From Nitrospirota bacterium (GTDB taxonomy: Bacteria > Nitrospirota > UBA9217), in NCBI GenBank assembly GCA_963740085.1, contig CAVUCU010000004.1:128001-192000 (forward strand): a stretch of 64,000 bases of DNA, read 5' to 3'. Shown here piece by piece: positions 50,640-60,416 of this stretch. Numbering within the stretch: position 1 is the stretch's first letter; each line of letters opens with the position of its first letter. The translations under genes were made by a program, and so were the position numbers. The notes beneath the pieces were generated by a model that had not been told where the DNA came from, did not search any database, and worked only from the letters and a program-made list of their open reading frames with translations.

Positions 50640-50855
50640 TTATCCCTCCAACGCTGCATTGACCTCGGCGACGATCTTGTTCGGGTCGAGATTGTGCATC
50701 ATCGAGCCGAAGGACAATGATTCCACATTGATCCCCGCGCAGGTGAAGCACCCGTTGCCGAAATATTTCTCGATCACCGCCTTGGCAGCCGGGCTCATGC
50801 GGATCACGTCTCCGATGAGCGTGTCCTTTGTGACTGTTTTCTTTTCCGCAAGCAT
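50640..50855 (-). CDS. DUF1858-like small Cys protein (hybrid-cluster-associated redox domain)
   Basis: TKD..IGDV, FG.GCFTC.G...ESL..G...H; GGAGG RBS. Confidence 0.8.
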   Translation of the reverse strand: MLAEKKTVTKDTLIGDVIRMSPAAKAVIEKYFGNGCFTCAGINVESLSFGSMMHNLDPNKIVAEVNAALEG

Positions 50856-51012
50856 AATTGCCTCCTTTGATATTCTGTCATAAGCCAAGACTTACCACAG
50901 AGCACTCAGAGAAGGAATTAAAGGTTTTACCATGCATGCTTCTGTGTCCTCTGTGGTTCGATTATTGCCGTCATTTGTTAACCATATTCTACCAGAACCA
51001 TCATCCGTGCGT

Positions 51013-51064
51013 TATGACCTGCATCATATATCATGATCTGTGGTATAGTATGAGCCAAGTCATA
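51013..51064. promoter_or_regulatory. Two Crp/Fnr-type palindromes TATGA-N6-TCATA in a divergent promoter
   Basis: tatgacctgcatcata 51013-51028; tatgagccaagtcata 51049-51064. Confidence 0.7.
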
Positions 51065-51125
51065 GCTGTTCCGGTCCCGTTGCCCTATACTGAGGGCAAC
51101 GCATTACTCGGGGAGGTAATTCATT

Positions 51126-51539
51126 ATGGACAAGTTCGTAAAGGGGTTTATCGTCATGAGTGTCGTGTATCTCGGCGTCGCAGCCGTCATGGGGATCGTC
51201 ATGCTCGCGAACCAGGACGTGATGGCGCTCAAGTTCGTTCATTCGCATCTGAACATGCTCGGTTGGGTATCGATGATGATCTACGGGGTTGGTTATCATA
51301 TCCTGCCGCGGTTCATGGGCAGGACGCTGTACAGCAATAGGATCGGCGAGGCTCAGTTCTACCTTGCGAACATCTCTCTGGTGGCCATGCTCCTGTTCTA
51401 TGCCCTGAATGTCTACAATCCGAGCGATCTGTATCGGACCATTACCGTTGCATCCGGAGCGGTCCAGGCGCTCGCCATCTTTCTCTTCCTTTACAATATG
51501 CTGATGACGCTGCTCACCAAGGTTGAACAGCCTCATTAA
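51126..51539 (+). CDS. Four-TM membrane protein with heme-copper-oxidase-subunit-I-like His motif
   Basis: FVHSHLNMLGWVSMMIYGVGYHILPRF; GGGAGG RBS. Confidence 0.7.
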   Translation: MDKFVKGFIVMSVVYLGVAAVMGIVMLANQDVMALKFVHSHLNMLGWVSMMIYGVGYHILPRFMGRTLYSNRIGEAQFYLANISLVAMLLFYALNVYNPSDLYRTITVASGAVQALAIFLFLYNMLMTLLTKVEQPH

Positions 51540-51668
51540 GAAAGGCACTTTTCTCACAGAGACGCAGAGTTTTTAGAGAAAAAATCAATAAAGGTCCTTG
51601 GTTTAAAGCAAGCTTCAGAGGTTTTAATTTACCTCTGCGTCTCCGCTCGCTCTGCGAGAGACGCCCTT

Positions 51669-52340
51669 TTATGAAGAGAGTCTCGTCAGGCCTTCACGGT
51701 CCTTGATGATGACCTTCCCGTCAGAATCCATCACCAGTCCGTCTTTTTTGAACTTGCTGAAGGTGCGGATCGAGGTCTCGACCGTGGTCCCGACCATGTC
51801 GGCCACATCCTGTTTGGTGAGCCGCATGTCGATCAGCAGTCCTTCGCGCGTCTCCACCCCGACCTTGTTCCCCAGTTTGAGCAAAAGCGCCGCGATCCTC
51901 GCTTCAACGCGCTCGAGGGCGATGTTCTTAAGCGTGTCGAAGGAACTCTTCATCCGGTCGCCAAGCTGGAGTGCAATGAAGTACATGAGGTTGGGGAACC
52001 GGTCAACAAGCCGCATAAGGTTTTTCCGGGATATTTTCAGGATCTCCGAGTCTTCCATGGCAACGGCATTCGCCGGATAGGGGAAGTTCCGCAAGACCGC
52101 CACGCCGCCGAAGATGTCATGGGGAGAGATGATCTCGAGGATGATCTCTTTGCCGTCGTGGGAGATCTTGGTCACCTTTACCTTGCCCGTTGACACGATA
52201 TAAAACCACTCCGGCGCGTCGCCTTCCGTGAAGATATCGTCTTTTTTCCGGAACTCGACCGTGGTAATGTAAGCGGATAATTCCTTGAGTTCCTCATCCG
52301 AGAGGTTCTTGAAGAGGTCGATCTTTTTGAGATTTATCAT
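51669..52340 (-). CDS. Crp/Fnr-family regulator without Fe-S cysteines (HcpR/Dnr-like)
   Basis: IF.EGD, G.VK, GKE.IL, RIA..LL, LTKQDVADMVGTTVETSIR HTH. Confidence 0.9.
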   Translation of the reverse strand: MINLKKIDLFKNLSDEELKELSAYITTVEFRKKDDIFTEGDAPEWFYIVSTGKVKVTKISHDGKEIILEIISPHDIFGGVAVLRNFPYPANAVAMEDSEILKISRKNLMRLVDRFPNLMYFIALQLGDRMKSSFDTLKNIALERVEARIAALLLKLGNKVGVETREGLLIDMRLTKQDVADMVGTTVETSIRTFSKFKKDGLVMDSDGKVIIKDREGLTRLSS

Positions 52341-52789
52341 TGCGTCATTATACCAAATTTGCTATTCTCATGTACAAAAAATCGTATGCATCTATTTTTT
52401 TGGGGAGCTCATCGCTCGGCCGCGCAGCATGCCGGGTATATTTACAGTACCTCCGCACTGAAATGCAGGTCTCGCATCACTCCACCCTCACCCCTTAACA
52501 AGGGTTCGGCCGTGTCTGCATTGTCTTGTTCTCGCAACTACGATCTGTGCAGCATTGCTATGCGCGTCTTTCGCGTCAGAGCTACCCGGCGCAGGGGAAA
52601 GGCAGAATCAAAAAGCTTTACCCCAACGCTGCACGTCCCCGGAGCGGCTCTTAAAACGATCCCTCCTCATGAGTTGCACTAAGGACAGAGAAAAGCGACC
52701 CACACAAAACCCGGCAGACCATAAAAAAGGACGAGGTATTCACTTTACGACGTCTGTTTTGGCATATTGAAACCCTATCAGCCCCGGCT

Positions 52790-53076
52790 GAAGGCCCCCG
52801 ACCAAACGCCGTATGGCACTGATAGCACAGCGCGGGGGGCTCCTCCGTGAGCTTAACGGTCTTTATCTTGTTCTGAGGGTGAGGGGTAAGGACCGACCCG
52901 TGGCAGGTATCGCACGGCTGGTCCGCCTGACGGATATTCTTGGTCTTTAACAGGCCCGGATGGCATTTTGCATTCACGCACCCATTGGCTGCTGTGGCAG
53001 ACCCGGACACAGGGTAAAGACAAATGGAAAATAACGTCAATAAGACGGGAAGAAGGTGTTCTCATCTGGTTTTCAT
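52790..53076 (-). pseudogene. Remnant of a periplasmic multiheme cytochrome c
   Basis: MKTR*EHLLPVLLTLFSICLY signal-like segment, then CVNAKCH, CDTCH, LCYQCH, after which similarity stops. Confidence 0.65.
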
Positions 53077-53532
53077 GGAAAGTCTCTTCCAATATATGTA
53101 TTCCGCTGCGCCGGGCCGTATGAGACCCGGCAGTTTTCCGACCCGGGTATATCCATTAGCGTTGTAAAATACAGCGGCCCTCCGGTTGAAAGACGATACG
53201 CAGAGGTAGCTGTTCGCGCATCGGCGCGCCATGACGCGCTCCGCCTTGGCAAGGAGCTTCCTGCCGATGCCTTGGCCGCGAATTTCAGGCGCCACGCCGA
53301 CGGCGCGGATATACCCGCCCCGGGCAAAGACCGGTTCAGGCGTAAAGATAATGAAACCTGCGGGCTCATCTCCGATCATGCAGACGAATGCCTGCTTCAG
53401 CGTAATGTACTTCAAGAAGTCGATCCGTTCATTCAGCGTTTTCCAGGGCTCTGAAGATGCGGTGATGGCGTTGCAGGTCCGTATATGCGGGCGCTTCATA
53501 GGCACGATTTTAAGAGCGCGGGGCGTCATCAC
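53062..53532 (-). CDS. GNAT-family N-acetyltransferase
   Basis: VGVAPEIRGQGIGRKLL, N..A..FY...GY. Confidence 0.88.
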   Translation of the reverse strand: MMTPRALKIVPMKRPHIRTCNAITASSEPWKTLNERIDFLKYITLKQAFVCMIGDEPAGFIIFTPEPVFARGGYIRAVGVAPEIRGQGIGRKLLAKAERVMARRCANSYLCVSSFNRRAAVFYNANGYTRVGKLPGLIRPGAAEYIYWKRLSMKTR

Positions 53533-54142
53533 GAGACCTTTCAGATTCCTGCCTCACTTGTTCGAAGACCGCTTTGGTCAGGCGTTCGGTATTTTCGCGG
53601 CTGCCTGTATTGTCGATGACGTAGTCGGCGAGCCGGCGTTTCTCCGCGAGCGGCATCTGGCTCGCTATTCTGGCAAGGGCCTGTTCCCGGGTGAACTTAT
53701 CGCGGGCAAGGAGGCGATCGATCTGCTGATCCGGGTTCGCGTAGACCACGACGACCTTGTCCACATTGCGGTAATACCCCGTTTCTATCAGCAGGGCGGC
53801 ATCAAACACGATGATGGCTTCCGGTGTGCGATTTCTGATGTTGGTTACCTGCGCCGTATAAGCTGCAAAAACCTTGGGGTGCAGGCACTTGTTGAGCCAA
53901 GCCCGCTGCTCTGCGTCGTTAAATACGATATCGCCGAGCTTTCTGCGGTCGATTTCGCCATGCGGCAGCTTGATATCTTTGCCGAAGTGGTCGAGCACCT
54001 CCTGATACGCCTGCTGGTCGGGTTCGAGCAGCTCATGCACGATCCGGTCGGCATCGATGACATGGGCGCCGAGGTCTTTGAATACCCGGGCAACAAGACC
54101 TTTCCCGCTTGCGATCCCGCCTGTCAGTCCTACGATGAACAT
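53510..54142 (-). CDS. coaE: Dephospho-CoA kinase
   Basis: GLTGGIASGK, IDAD, IDR..LG..VF, HP, ARIASQ, ADYVIDN. Confidence 0.96.
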   Translation of the reverse strand: MFIVGLTGGIASGKGLVARVFKDLGAHVIDADRIVHELLEPDQQAYQEVLDHFGKDIKLPHGEIDRRKLGDIVFNDAEQRAWLNKCLHPKVFAAYTAQVTNIRNRTPEAIIVFDAALLIETGYYRNVDKVVVVYANPDQQIDRLLARDKFTREQALARIASQMPLAEKRRLADYVIDNTGSRENTERLTKAVFEQVRQESERSRDDAPRS

Positions 54143-54344
54143 CGTATTGCCTTTCATCCTGAAACGTCAGTAGTGATTATTTGGCCGCAAAGAACACAAA
54201 GAACAAAAAAAGGGTATAAACAAAAGCAATCACCTTCCTGGTGATACAGCTTTCTTTACAAAGCGTTGATTTATCTCTCCGCTCTTTGCGTTCTGCAGCT
54301 GACTGCTTTTTTCAGGTCCATCAACCATGACGCCGCTCATCCGC

Positions 54345-55028
54345 TTACCAGGTATGGATGATCGCGTATCCCTTTCTCAAAAGAGGAAGAAGCAGTTTTC
54401 CCGTTTTTATTATACCATCAGCGAGAAAATTCATGTAGTCCATGTTGTCCGCAAGGTAAACCTTCATGAGGAAAGCCGCGAAGGCGATATTGAACAAAAG
54501 GATCAGCGGATAAGAAAAAATCGCGCCTTCCTCCCTGATATCGTTCTGGTCGGCCTGAAGAAAAACGAAGGTCAGCACCAGGTGGAGCGCGAAGGTCGCG
54601 CCGGAGAGGAAAATAAGGATGCCGGTTGTCATGCCCCGGGCGTCGGCGGCGCGCGCCGTCCAGTAGAGGATGAGCGCAAGGGACGTATAAAGGGGGAAAA
54701 AGTAGGGGGCAAGCGTGATGATGAAGTTCGATTTGGTTATCGTTACGCGGCCGCCCCGGTCGCTGGCGTGGAAGGATTTCACGGAGCCTCCGAAGAGCAC
54801 GGCGAAGAGGGCGTGCGTGAGTTCATGGCCGACGACATAGGTCAAGACCGGTTTTTTGAAGAGAATATGGGCGGTGAGGTAGGTCAGCCCTCCCGCGAAA
54901 AAGTAATAGGGGGTATCCAGCCTGTACCGGACCGTGAAGACCGTGGTCGCAAACTGCCAGGCAAAACCCGCGCAGAAGGGGATCAGCGACAGGCCGAACA
55001 GGATTTTTATAAATTTTTTCCCCATCAT
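54345..55028 (-). CDS. Membrane metallopeptidase-like protein (M50B-like)
   Basis: YV.GHELTHA, I.LAPYF, multiple TM segments. Confidence 0.7.
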   Translation of the reverse strand: MMGKKFIKILFGLSLIPFCAGFAWQFATTVFTVRYRLDTPYYFFAGGLTYLTAHILFKKPVLTYVVGHELTHALFAVLFGGSVKSFHASDRGGRVTITKSNFIITLAPYFFPLYTSLALILYWTARAADARGMTTGILIFLSGATFALHLVLTFVFLQADQNDIREEGAIFSYPLILLFNIAFAAFLMKVYLADNMDYMNFLADGIIKTGKLLLPLLRKGYAIIHTW

Positions 55029-55054
55029 CTAAACCGGTAAAACGGAACTTTTCC

Positions 55055-55190
55055 CGTCACTATTCAGATTGACCGCAAAAGAACGCAAAGAACTCAAAGA
55101 AAAAACCTAAGACAATGTATGTTAGTTTTAGTTCTCTCTGCGATCTTTGCGTTCCTTCGCGGCTAACAGACTTTGATCCGAACAGATACC
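55055..55190 (+). mobile_element. ~135-bp MITE-like element, copy 2
   Basis: gtcactattcag..ccgcaaaagaacgcaaagaac..cctaagacaatgtat..gcggctaacaga..ccgaacagatacc. Confidence 0.8.
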
Positions 55191-55234
55191 TGTCTCCTTG
55201 CAAATAGTTTGATGCAAAGATCTCAGAGACCGCA

Positions 55235-56320
55235 TCAGACCGACCGTTGCATCCGGACAAGCACAACAGCCGACGTCACCGTAAATAAAATGTTGGCAAA
55301 CCATGCCGATATCGCGGGTTGGAGGACCCCCGAGTGCCCGAGAGATATTCCGACGCTGGTGAGCAGCCAGTAGACGGCGGCGATCGCGACGGCAAGCGCG
55401 ATCCCCTTGCCGGTTCCTCCGGAACGCACCTTGTGGACACCAAAGGGGATGGAGATCATGACCATCAGCAGGCTGGCCAGCGGGTATGCCAGCTTACCTT
55501 GCAGGTCCACTTCATACCCCACAGCCTTATAGCCGCTCTGTTTGATCCTTTTAACGTAGTTCCACATCTCGGAGAAGCTCATCTCCTCCGAGTCTTTAAC
55601 GATCATGCCGAGGTCGTTGGGGTTCTCCACGATATTGAAGACCTCGTTGTCGGACGAACGGGACTGCACCACGTCGTTCACCTGGGTGAAAGTAACGCTG
55701 TCTTTCAGCCGCCATGCGCCATTCTCCCAGACCAGACTGCCGGCCTTGATCTGCTCCCGCACCGAGTAGTCCGCATTCAGCTTGTAGATGTTCAGCCCCA
55801 GCATTTCGTTCCGGTTCGGAGAGACCAGCTCAATATTGACAATGCTGTTTTCCGGTCCGCGGAGCCACAACTTGGATTGCTGGAACATGACCCGCTGCTG
55901 GCTTTTCTCGATCTCCACCTTCCGGATGTAGGTGGCACGGGAGCTGTAGACGGGCATGACAACCTCATTGTTGACGAACCCGAGGCAGGAAATCAGGAGA
56001 CCGCCGGCGAAAAGCGGCGCGACGATCCTGGCAAGGCTGACACCGCCTGCGCGCATGGCGATGATCTCATTGTGGCGCGAAAGGTTGCCCAGCGACAGGA
56101 GTGCGGCGATGAGCGTGGCCATGGGAAGGGACATTGATATCATGCCGGGCACGCTGTAGAGGAAATAGCGGGCGATCTGGGAAAGCGTTGCATGGTACTT
56201 GATCAGTTTGTCGGCCTTCTGGAGAAATTCGACGCAGAGGTACACGACGAGGATGCCGATCAGGACCCCCACCACGAGGGAGATGAACTCCTTGAAAATA
56301 TGTCTGCTCAGAATTGTCAT
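55235..56320 (-). CDS. lptG: LPS export ABC permease
   Basis: IL.RHI..E, NEIIAMRAGGVS, KLAYP, AW.ANI. Confidence 0.9.
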   Translation of the reverse strand: MTILSRHIFKEFISLVVGVLIGILVVYLCVEFLQKADKLIKYHATLSQIARYFLYSVPGMISMSLPMATLIAALLSLGNLSRHNEIIAMRAGGVSLARIVAPLFAGGLLISCLGFVNNEVVMPVYSSRATYIRKVEIEKSQQRVMFQQSKLWLRGPENSIVNIELVSPNRNEMLGLNIYKLNADYSVREQIKAGSLVWENGAWRLKDSVTFTQVNDVVQSRSSDNEVFNIVENPNDLGMIVKDSEEMSFSEMWNYVKRIKQSGYKAVGYEVDLQGKLAYPLASLLMVMISIPFGVHKVRSGGTGKGIALAVAIAAVYWLLTSVGISLGHSGVLQPAISAWFANILFTVTSAVVLVRMQRSV

Positions 56321-56422
56321 GGCCCTGTTAAAACCCTTTAGTTCAGATCATCTTAAATTCGCAAGTTCCAGCTTCCGCGTCCCTACGGTTCAATAAGTTC
56401 ATCGGTCTGAGTCGATGCCTCG

Positions 56423-57598
56423 TTAAGTCTTTCCATTCAATCGCGCCTTGGTTCTATAATAGAGCAGGCTGATGCGGTTTCCGAGCCTGAGGTTGATCTC
56501 CTGCCCTCGTTTGATGATAAAAATAAGCGCCGCGACGGTCATCAGGACGTTCGGTATCCAAAAAGCAAGAGACGCGGGGAAGGTCCCTGTCTCCGCGAGA
56601 TTGGTCGCCCCGCTCAGGATAATAAAATAAACAAGAAAGACCATGAGCGCAATGGCCACTCCCGCGGACTTGCCGGAACGGCTCCGCCTGATGCCGAGGG
56701 GTGCGCCGATCAGTCCCAGAATAATGCAGGCAAATGGTATCGACAGGCGTTTGTGCAGTTCCGTTTCATAGGTGTAAGAGGGTTTCCCTTCTCTGCGCAA
56801 CCGCTTGATCTTACGGACAAGCTCGAGGGTGTCAAAGTCGTCGACACTTTTCCCGGGCGCATTTTTTTGGAGCGCGTTGCTGATGTCGAGATTGAGCCGC
56901 GCTTTGTCGAACCCCATGAGCGAGTAGGCTTGTCCGGCGCGGGGTTGCGTGAGAATGGCGCCTGCCTCCATGGCGAGGGTGACGTTCATTGCCTGCTGGT
57001 CCGCAATGAGCCTCCCGCGTTTGGCCACGATGGCATAGGGCTCCCGGGCAGAGCGCTCGTCGGAGATAAAAACGCCTTCCAGGTTGTCGTGAGAGTCCAT
57101 CTTGTCTACATAGATGACCATGCCCTCGAAGGAATTGCTGAAGATGCCGGGTTCGATGCCGATCAGGGCGTGAGACTTCACCATGGCGAACAGGCGGGCC
57201 TTGAGCGCCGAATTTGCGCCGGGGACGAGAATGAGCGAGGTGAACGCCGTGACCAGGAAGGCGAGCAACGCGAACAGGAAGACCGGCCTGATCATGTTGT
57301 AGAGGCTGATGCGGGAGGCCTTCATGGCGGTTATTTCCGAGTCTGAGCTGAGACGGGCAAACGTGGTGAGCGACGCGACGATGAGCGACATGGGGATGGC
57401 GATGACGAGAAAGCCGGGCACGACGTAGGCGAGCACCTCGGCGGTGGAAGCAAGGGTTGCGCCCTTCGAGACGACCAGGTCCGCGAGCCGGAACAGCTTC
57501 TCAAGAAGAAGGACGAACAGGAGCACCGCTATGCTGAGGAAGAACGGGGGCAGCATCTCAAGAAATATGTAGCGGTCCAATATGCGGGGTCTGAACAT
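56423..57598 (-). CDS. lptF: LPS export ABC permease
   Basis: ILDRYI..E, RLSSDSEITAMKAS, ELHKR.SIP, W.PN. Confidence 0.9.
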   Translation of the reverse strand: MFRPRILDRYIFLEMLPPFFLSIAVLLFVLLLEKLFRLADLVVSKGATLASTAEVLAYVVPGFLVIAIPMSLIVASLTTFARLSSDSEITAMKASRISLYNMIRPVFLFALLAFLVTAFTSLILVPGANSALKARLFAMVKSHALIGIEPGIFSNSFEGMVIYVDKMDSHDNLEGVFISDERSAREPYAIVAKRGRLIADQQAMNVTLAMEAGAILTQPRAGQAYSLMGFDKARLNLDISNALQKNAPGKSVDDFDTLELVRKIKRLRREGKPSYTYETELHKRLSIPFACIILGLIGAPLGIRRSRSGKSAGVAIALMVFLVYFIILSGATNLAETGTFPASLAFWIPNVLMTVAALIFIIKRGQEINLRLGNRISLLYYRTKARLNGKT

Positions 57599-57600
57599 GG

Positions 57601-59430
57601 CTATTTTCTGATCTCCTCGAGGATGTTCTTTTCGATCTTGTTCATGTCGAAGTAATCATTTTCCAGCTCTTCGATATAGAAACGGTCGAGGCCGCTGTTC
57701 AGGAGAAAATCCTCCCGCACCCGGCTGTCCCGGGACACGATGATGTGCGGCAGGAGATTGTTGAGGTAGAACGACTCCTTACGAATATCGAGAATGATCT
57801 CCTCGAAGACGGTGTGCGGGATGGGGCCTTGCACGATCCCCCGGGACTGGATCTCGCGGTTCAGGTCCTGGATGAAGATCTCCTGATCCTCCCTGGAGTT
57901 CAGCTCCGCATAGATGCTTTTGAAACGGTCCTTGATGTAGCGGTGGATGGCGGTGTAGAGCTTGTCTTCCTCGTTGATCTTGGAGATGGATTCGGCGCGC
58001 TCCCGGTAGGTGGTGTCGCCGGTCTTGATGCGAAGGAGCCCCTGAAACAGTATGTCGACTTTTTTCCGGCCGTACCGGGTCATGTAACGGTTCTCCCGGA
58101 GGGGGTCGATGAATATCTCGCGGAACAGATCCGGACCGATCTGATCGAAGACCTCCTTGTTGCCGAAGAGGCTGCGGATATTGTCTTCGCTCAGGGTCGC
58201 GTTCTCCATGAACGCGAGATTGTTGATCGTGCTCGATGCGCTGTCGTACCGGTCGAAATAGGTCAGGATTGAGCTCATCGATTCGAGCGCGGACATGTCG
58301 TTGGTGTCCCGCGCGTGCTCGTCGCAGGCCCTGACCGTATCGAGCAGAAGTCCCTCAAAGGCCTGGTCCCGCACCGCCGTGGATTTCTGCTTGGCTTTGA
58401 GGAGCTTTACGAGATCTTCCTGAGAGAGGTGTCCTCTGATCTTGTCCGTTCTGAAGAACAGCCCTTCGAAGATCGCCCGCGTGTCCTTGACATACTCCGG
58501 TTCCTCCACCTCGACGATCTTCATGTCCTTGAGAAGAAGCTCGTCGAGCGTGTCGAAGAGCGTGTGAGGGATATTGAGACGCAAACTCAGCGTGCGGAGT
58601 CGTGAGAGCTTCGCCAGCTCCGAGGGGTTCACCTGTCCTTTTTCCGATACGGTTATGAGGATGTCCTTGTATTCATCGACGATCTTTTTGTTCTCCGGAA
58701 GCTTGTACATCCCGTCGATCTTGATGCGTTCCTGCTGATAGGGAAGGATCATGTATTGGTTCGCCAGTTCGTCCAGAAGGGTGAGGGCCTCAGGGGGAAG
58801 CATCTTCTGCTCGGCATAGAACTTATTGAACGTGTTGAAATACTCCTCGTTATGCCGGTTTTGCAGGCGGAAAAGAAAAACAAGACCCCTGACGTCGCCA
58901 AAGGCCTCAAAGATCTCCCGGCAGAGACGGGTATCATCGGATGCACCCACGGTCGTGCTCCGCTTCAACTGCTTTCCGATGTACTTAAGAATATCGCGTT
59001 GTATGTCCCGGATCTCTTTCTGGAACGAGGAATGAACGAAAAAAAAGTAGTTTGAGACAGCGTTGCCGGTCAGAAATACGTGGTCGAAGGACTCATTTCC
59101 GGCCGTGGTATTGGTGAAGGTGATGTTCTCGGTGTTGTCGTAAAAGGCGCCGTACATGACCAGCCGGTTCGAAACGTCTTTGCGCAGGAGGTCCTTGAGG
59201 GGCAGATCCACGCCGAACATGTATTCGCAAAGGCTGCCGCCGGTCCCCGTATAGCTGATGCCGCCCGGAGAGATGATGAACTCGTTCCTTCCGGAAAAGA
59301 ACCGGTCCCCCTCCGGGAGCGATTCATAGCAGTACCTGCTGCTCAGGTCGGCGCCGGTGATCGTGACAAAATAGTCCATTTTTTCGTTGGCTTTGCCGTG
59401 CAGCTTGATTTCCTGAATCATATCGGGCAT
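57601..59430 (-). CDS. Conserved hypothetical protein, TIGR04442-like
   Basis: 609 aa, MIQEIKLHG start, GGS.CEYMFG, YQQERIKID.MY, SGLDRFYIEELE; family recognised from memory. Confidence 0.65.
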   Translation of the reverse strand: MPDMIQEIKLHGKANEKMDYFVTITGADLSSRYCYESLPEGDRFFSGRNEFIISPGGISYTGTGGSLCEYMFGVDLPLKDLLRKDVSNRLVMYGAFYDNTENITFTNTTAGNESFDHVFLTGNAVSNYFFFVHSSFQKEIRDIQRDILKYIGKQLKRSTTVGASDDTRLCREIFEAFGDVRGLVFLFRLQNRHNEEYFNTFNKFYAEQKMLPPEALTLLDELANQYMILPYQQERIKIDGMYKLPENKKIVDEYKDILITVSEKGQVNPSELAKLSRLRTLSLRLNIPHTLFDTLDELLLKDMKIVEVEEPEYVKDTRAIFEGLFFRTDKIRGHLSQEDLVKLLKAKQKSTAVRDQAFEGLLLDTVRACDEHARDTNDMSALESMSSILTYFDRYDSASSTINNLAFMENATLSEDNIRSLFGNKEVFDQIGPDLFREIFIDPLRENRYMTRYGRKKVDILFQGLLRIKTGDTTYRERAESISKINEEDKLYTAIHRYIKDRFKSIYAELNSREDQEIFIQDLNREIQSRGIVQGPIPHTVFEEIILDIRKESFYLNNLLPHIIVSRDSRVREDFLLNSGLDRFYIEELENDYFDMNKIEKNILEEIRK

Positions 59431-59582
59431 TATAGCAAACTAACCTGGATTTTCAAACGGAAAAATGGCTTTCGTCGCAATTAGTGCGGTTGAACCGGTT
59501 CGTCCTGCGCGCGGCAGGGTTCATGCGACATATTTCCCTTGATACCCCCTCTGGGAAATCGTATAATGCCGGACAATGCGCG

Positions 59583-59715
59583 GGTAACTGCTCAGGCTGG
59601 CCGCAAAAGAACGCAAAGAACTAAAGAAAGACCTAAGACAATGTATTTTAGTTTTAATTCTTTCTGCGATCCTTGCGATCCTTGCGGCTAACAGATTTTG
59701 ACCTGAGCAGTCACC
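59583..59715 (+). mobile_element. ~135-bp MITE-like element, copy 3 (best-preserved TIRs)
   Basis: gggtaactgctcagg ... cctgagcagtcaccc, 14/15 inverted match; internal CCGCAAAAGAACGCAAAG palindrome. Confidence 0.85.
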
Positions 59716-59736
59716 CTGAAAGAGCAGATAATATCT

Positions 59737-60288
59737 ATGGCCATAAAGAGCGGGAGCATAAAAAAGTTCGCTTTCCTTGTTGTCCTTATCATCCTGACAG
59801 CCCTTTTCATCGCGGGCTGGTTCGTCATGGACAGGGGAACGGGCAGCAAGATCATCACCAGAGGTGATCGGGCGCCTGAGTTTCATTTGAAGACCATTGA
59901 CGGAGGATCTGTCAGCCTTGCGGACCTTCGCGGCAAGGTCGTGATGGTGCACTTCTGGGCAACCTGGTGTCCTCCCTGTGTCGGGGAACTGCCGACGCTC
60001 GACAGGCTGTACCGCACACTTACAGGCAAGGATTTCATGATGCTTGCCGTGAGCGTCGACGAGGGGGGAGCAGGGGCGGTGGCGCCCTTCATGAAGCAAA
60101 ACAAATTGAGCCTTCCCGTGCTCCTGGATCCCGGAGGTGAGGTCGCGAGACTCTACGGAACCTTTAAGTTCCCGGAGACCTATATTGTGGATCGCAACGG
60201 TGTAGTGCGATTCAAGGCGATCGGACCACGGGACTGGACCGACCCGGAGAGCCTTCAGATCGTGCTGAACAGCATCGAGGCTCAATAA
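59737..60288 (+). CDS. TlpA/ResA-family membrane-anchored disulfide reductase
   Basis: N-terminal TM, FWATWCPPC..E.P, PET.IVD..G. Confidence 0.93.
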   Translation: MAIKSGSIKKFAFLVVLIILTALFIAGWFVMDRGTGSKIITRGDRAPEFHLKTIDGGSVSLADLRGKVVMVHFWATWCPPCVGELPTLDRLYRTLTGKDFMMLAVSVDEGGAGAVAPFMKQNKLSLPVLLDPGGEVARLYGTFKFPETYIVDRNGVVRFKAIGPRDWTDPESLQIVLNSIEAQ

Positions 60289-60416
60289 TAAAACTGGGAA
60301 CATCATAGGTTACTAGGCTGAAGGTGGTTAGACTGAAGGAGTTGCTAAAAACCTGATCACTTCAGCCTTCAGCCTGAATACCGAGCAGTTGTGGCTATTA
60401 ACGCGGAGTTCATCGC

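Noticed and set aside
50351-50640. preQ1 riboswitch before queC
   Set aside because: No preQ1 stem-loop plus A-tail recognised; the spacer holds a GGACGA-type palindrome
53062-53064. Selenocysteine readthrough from the GNAT gene into the cytochrome remnant
   Set aside because: The UGA is in a signal-peptide context, not a Cys-like position, and no SECIS-like hairpin was seen
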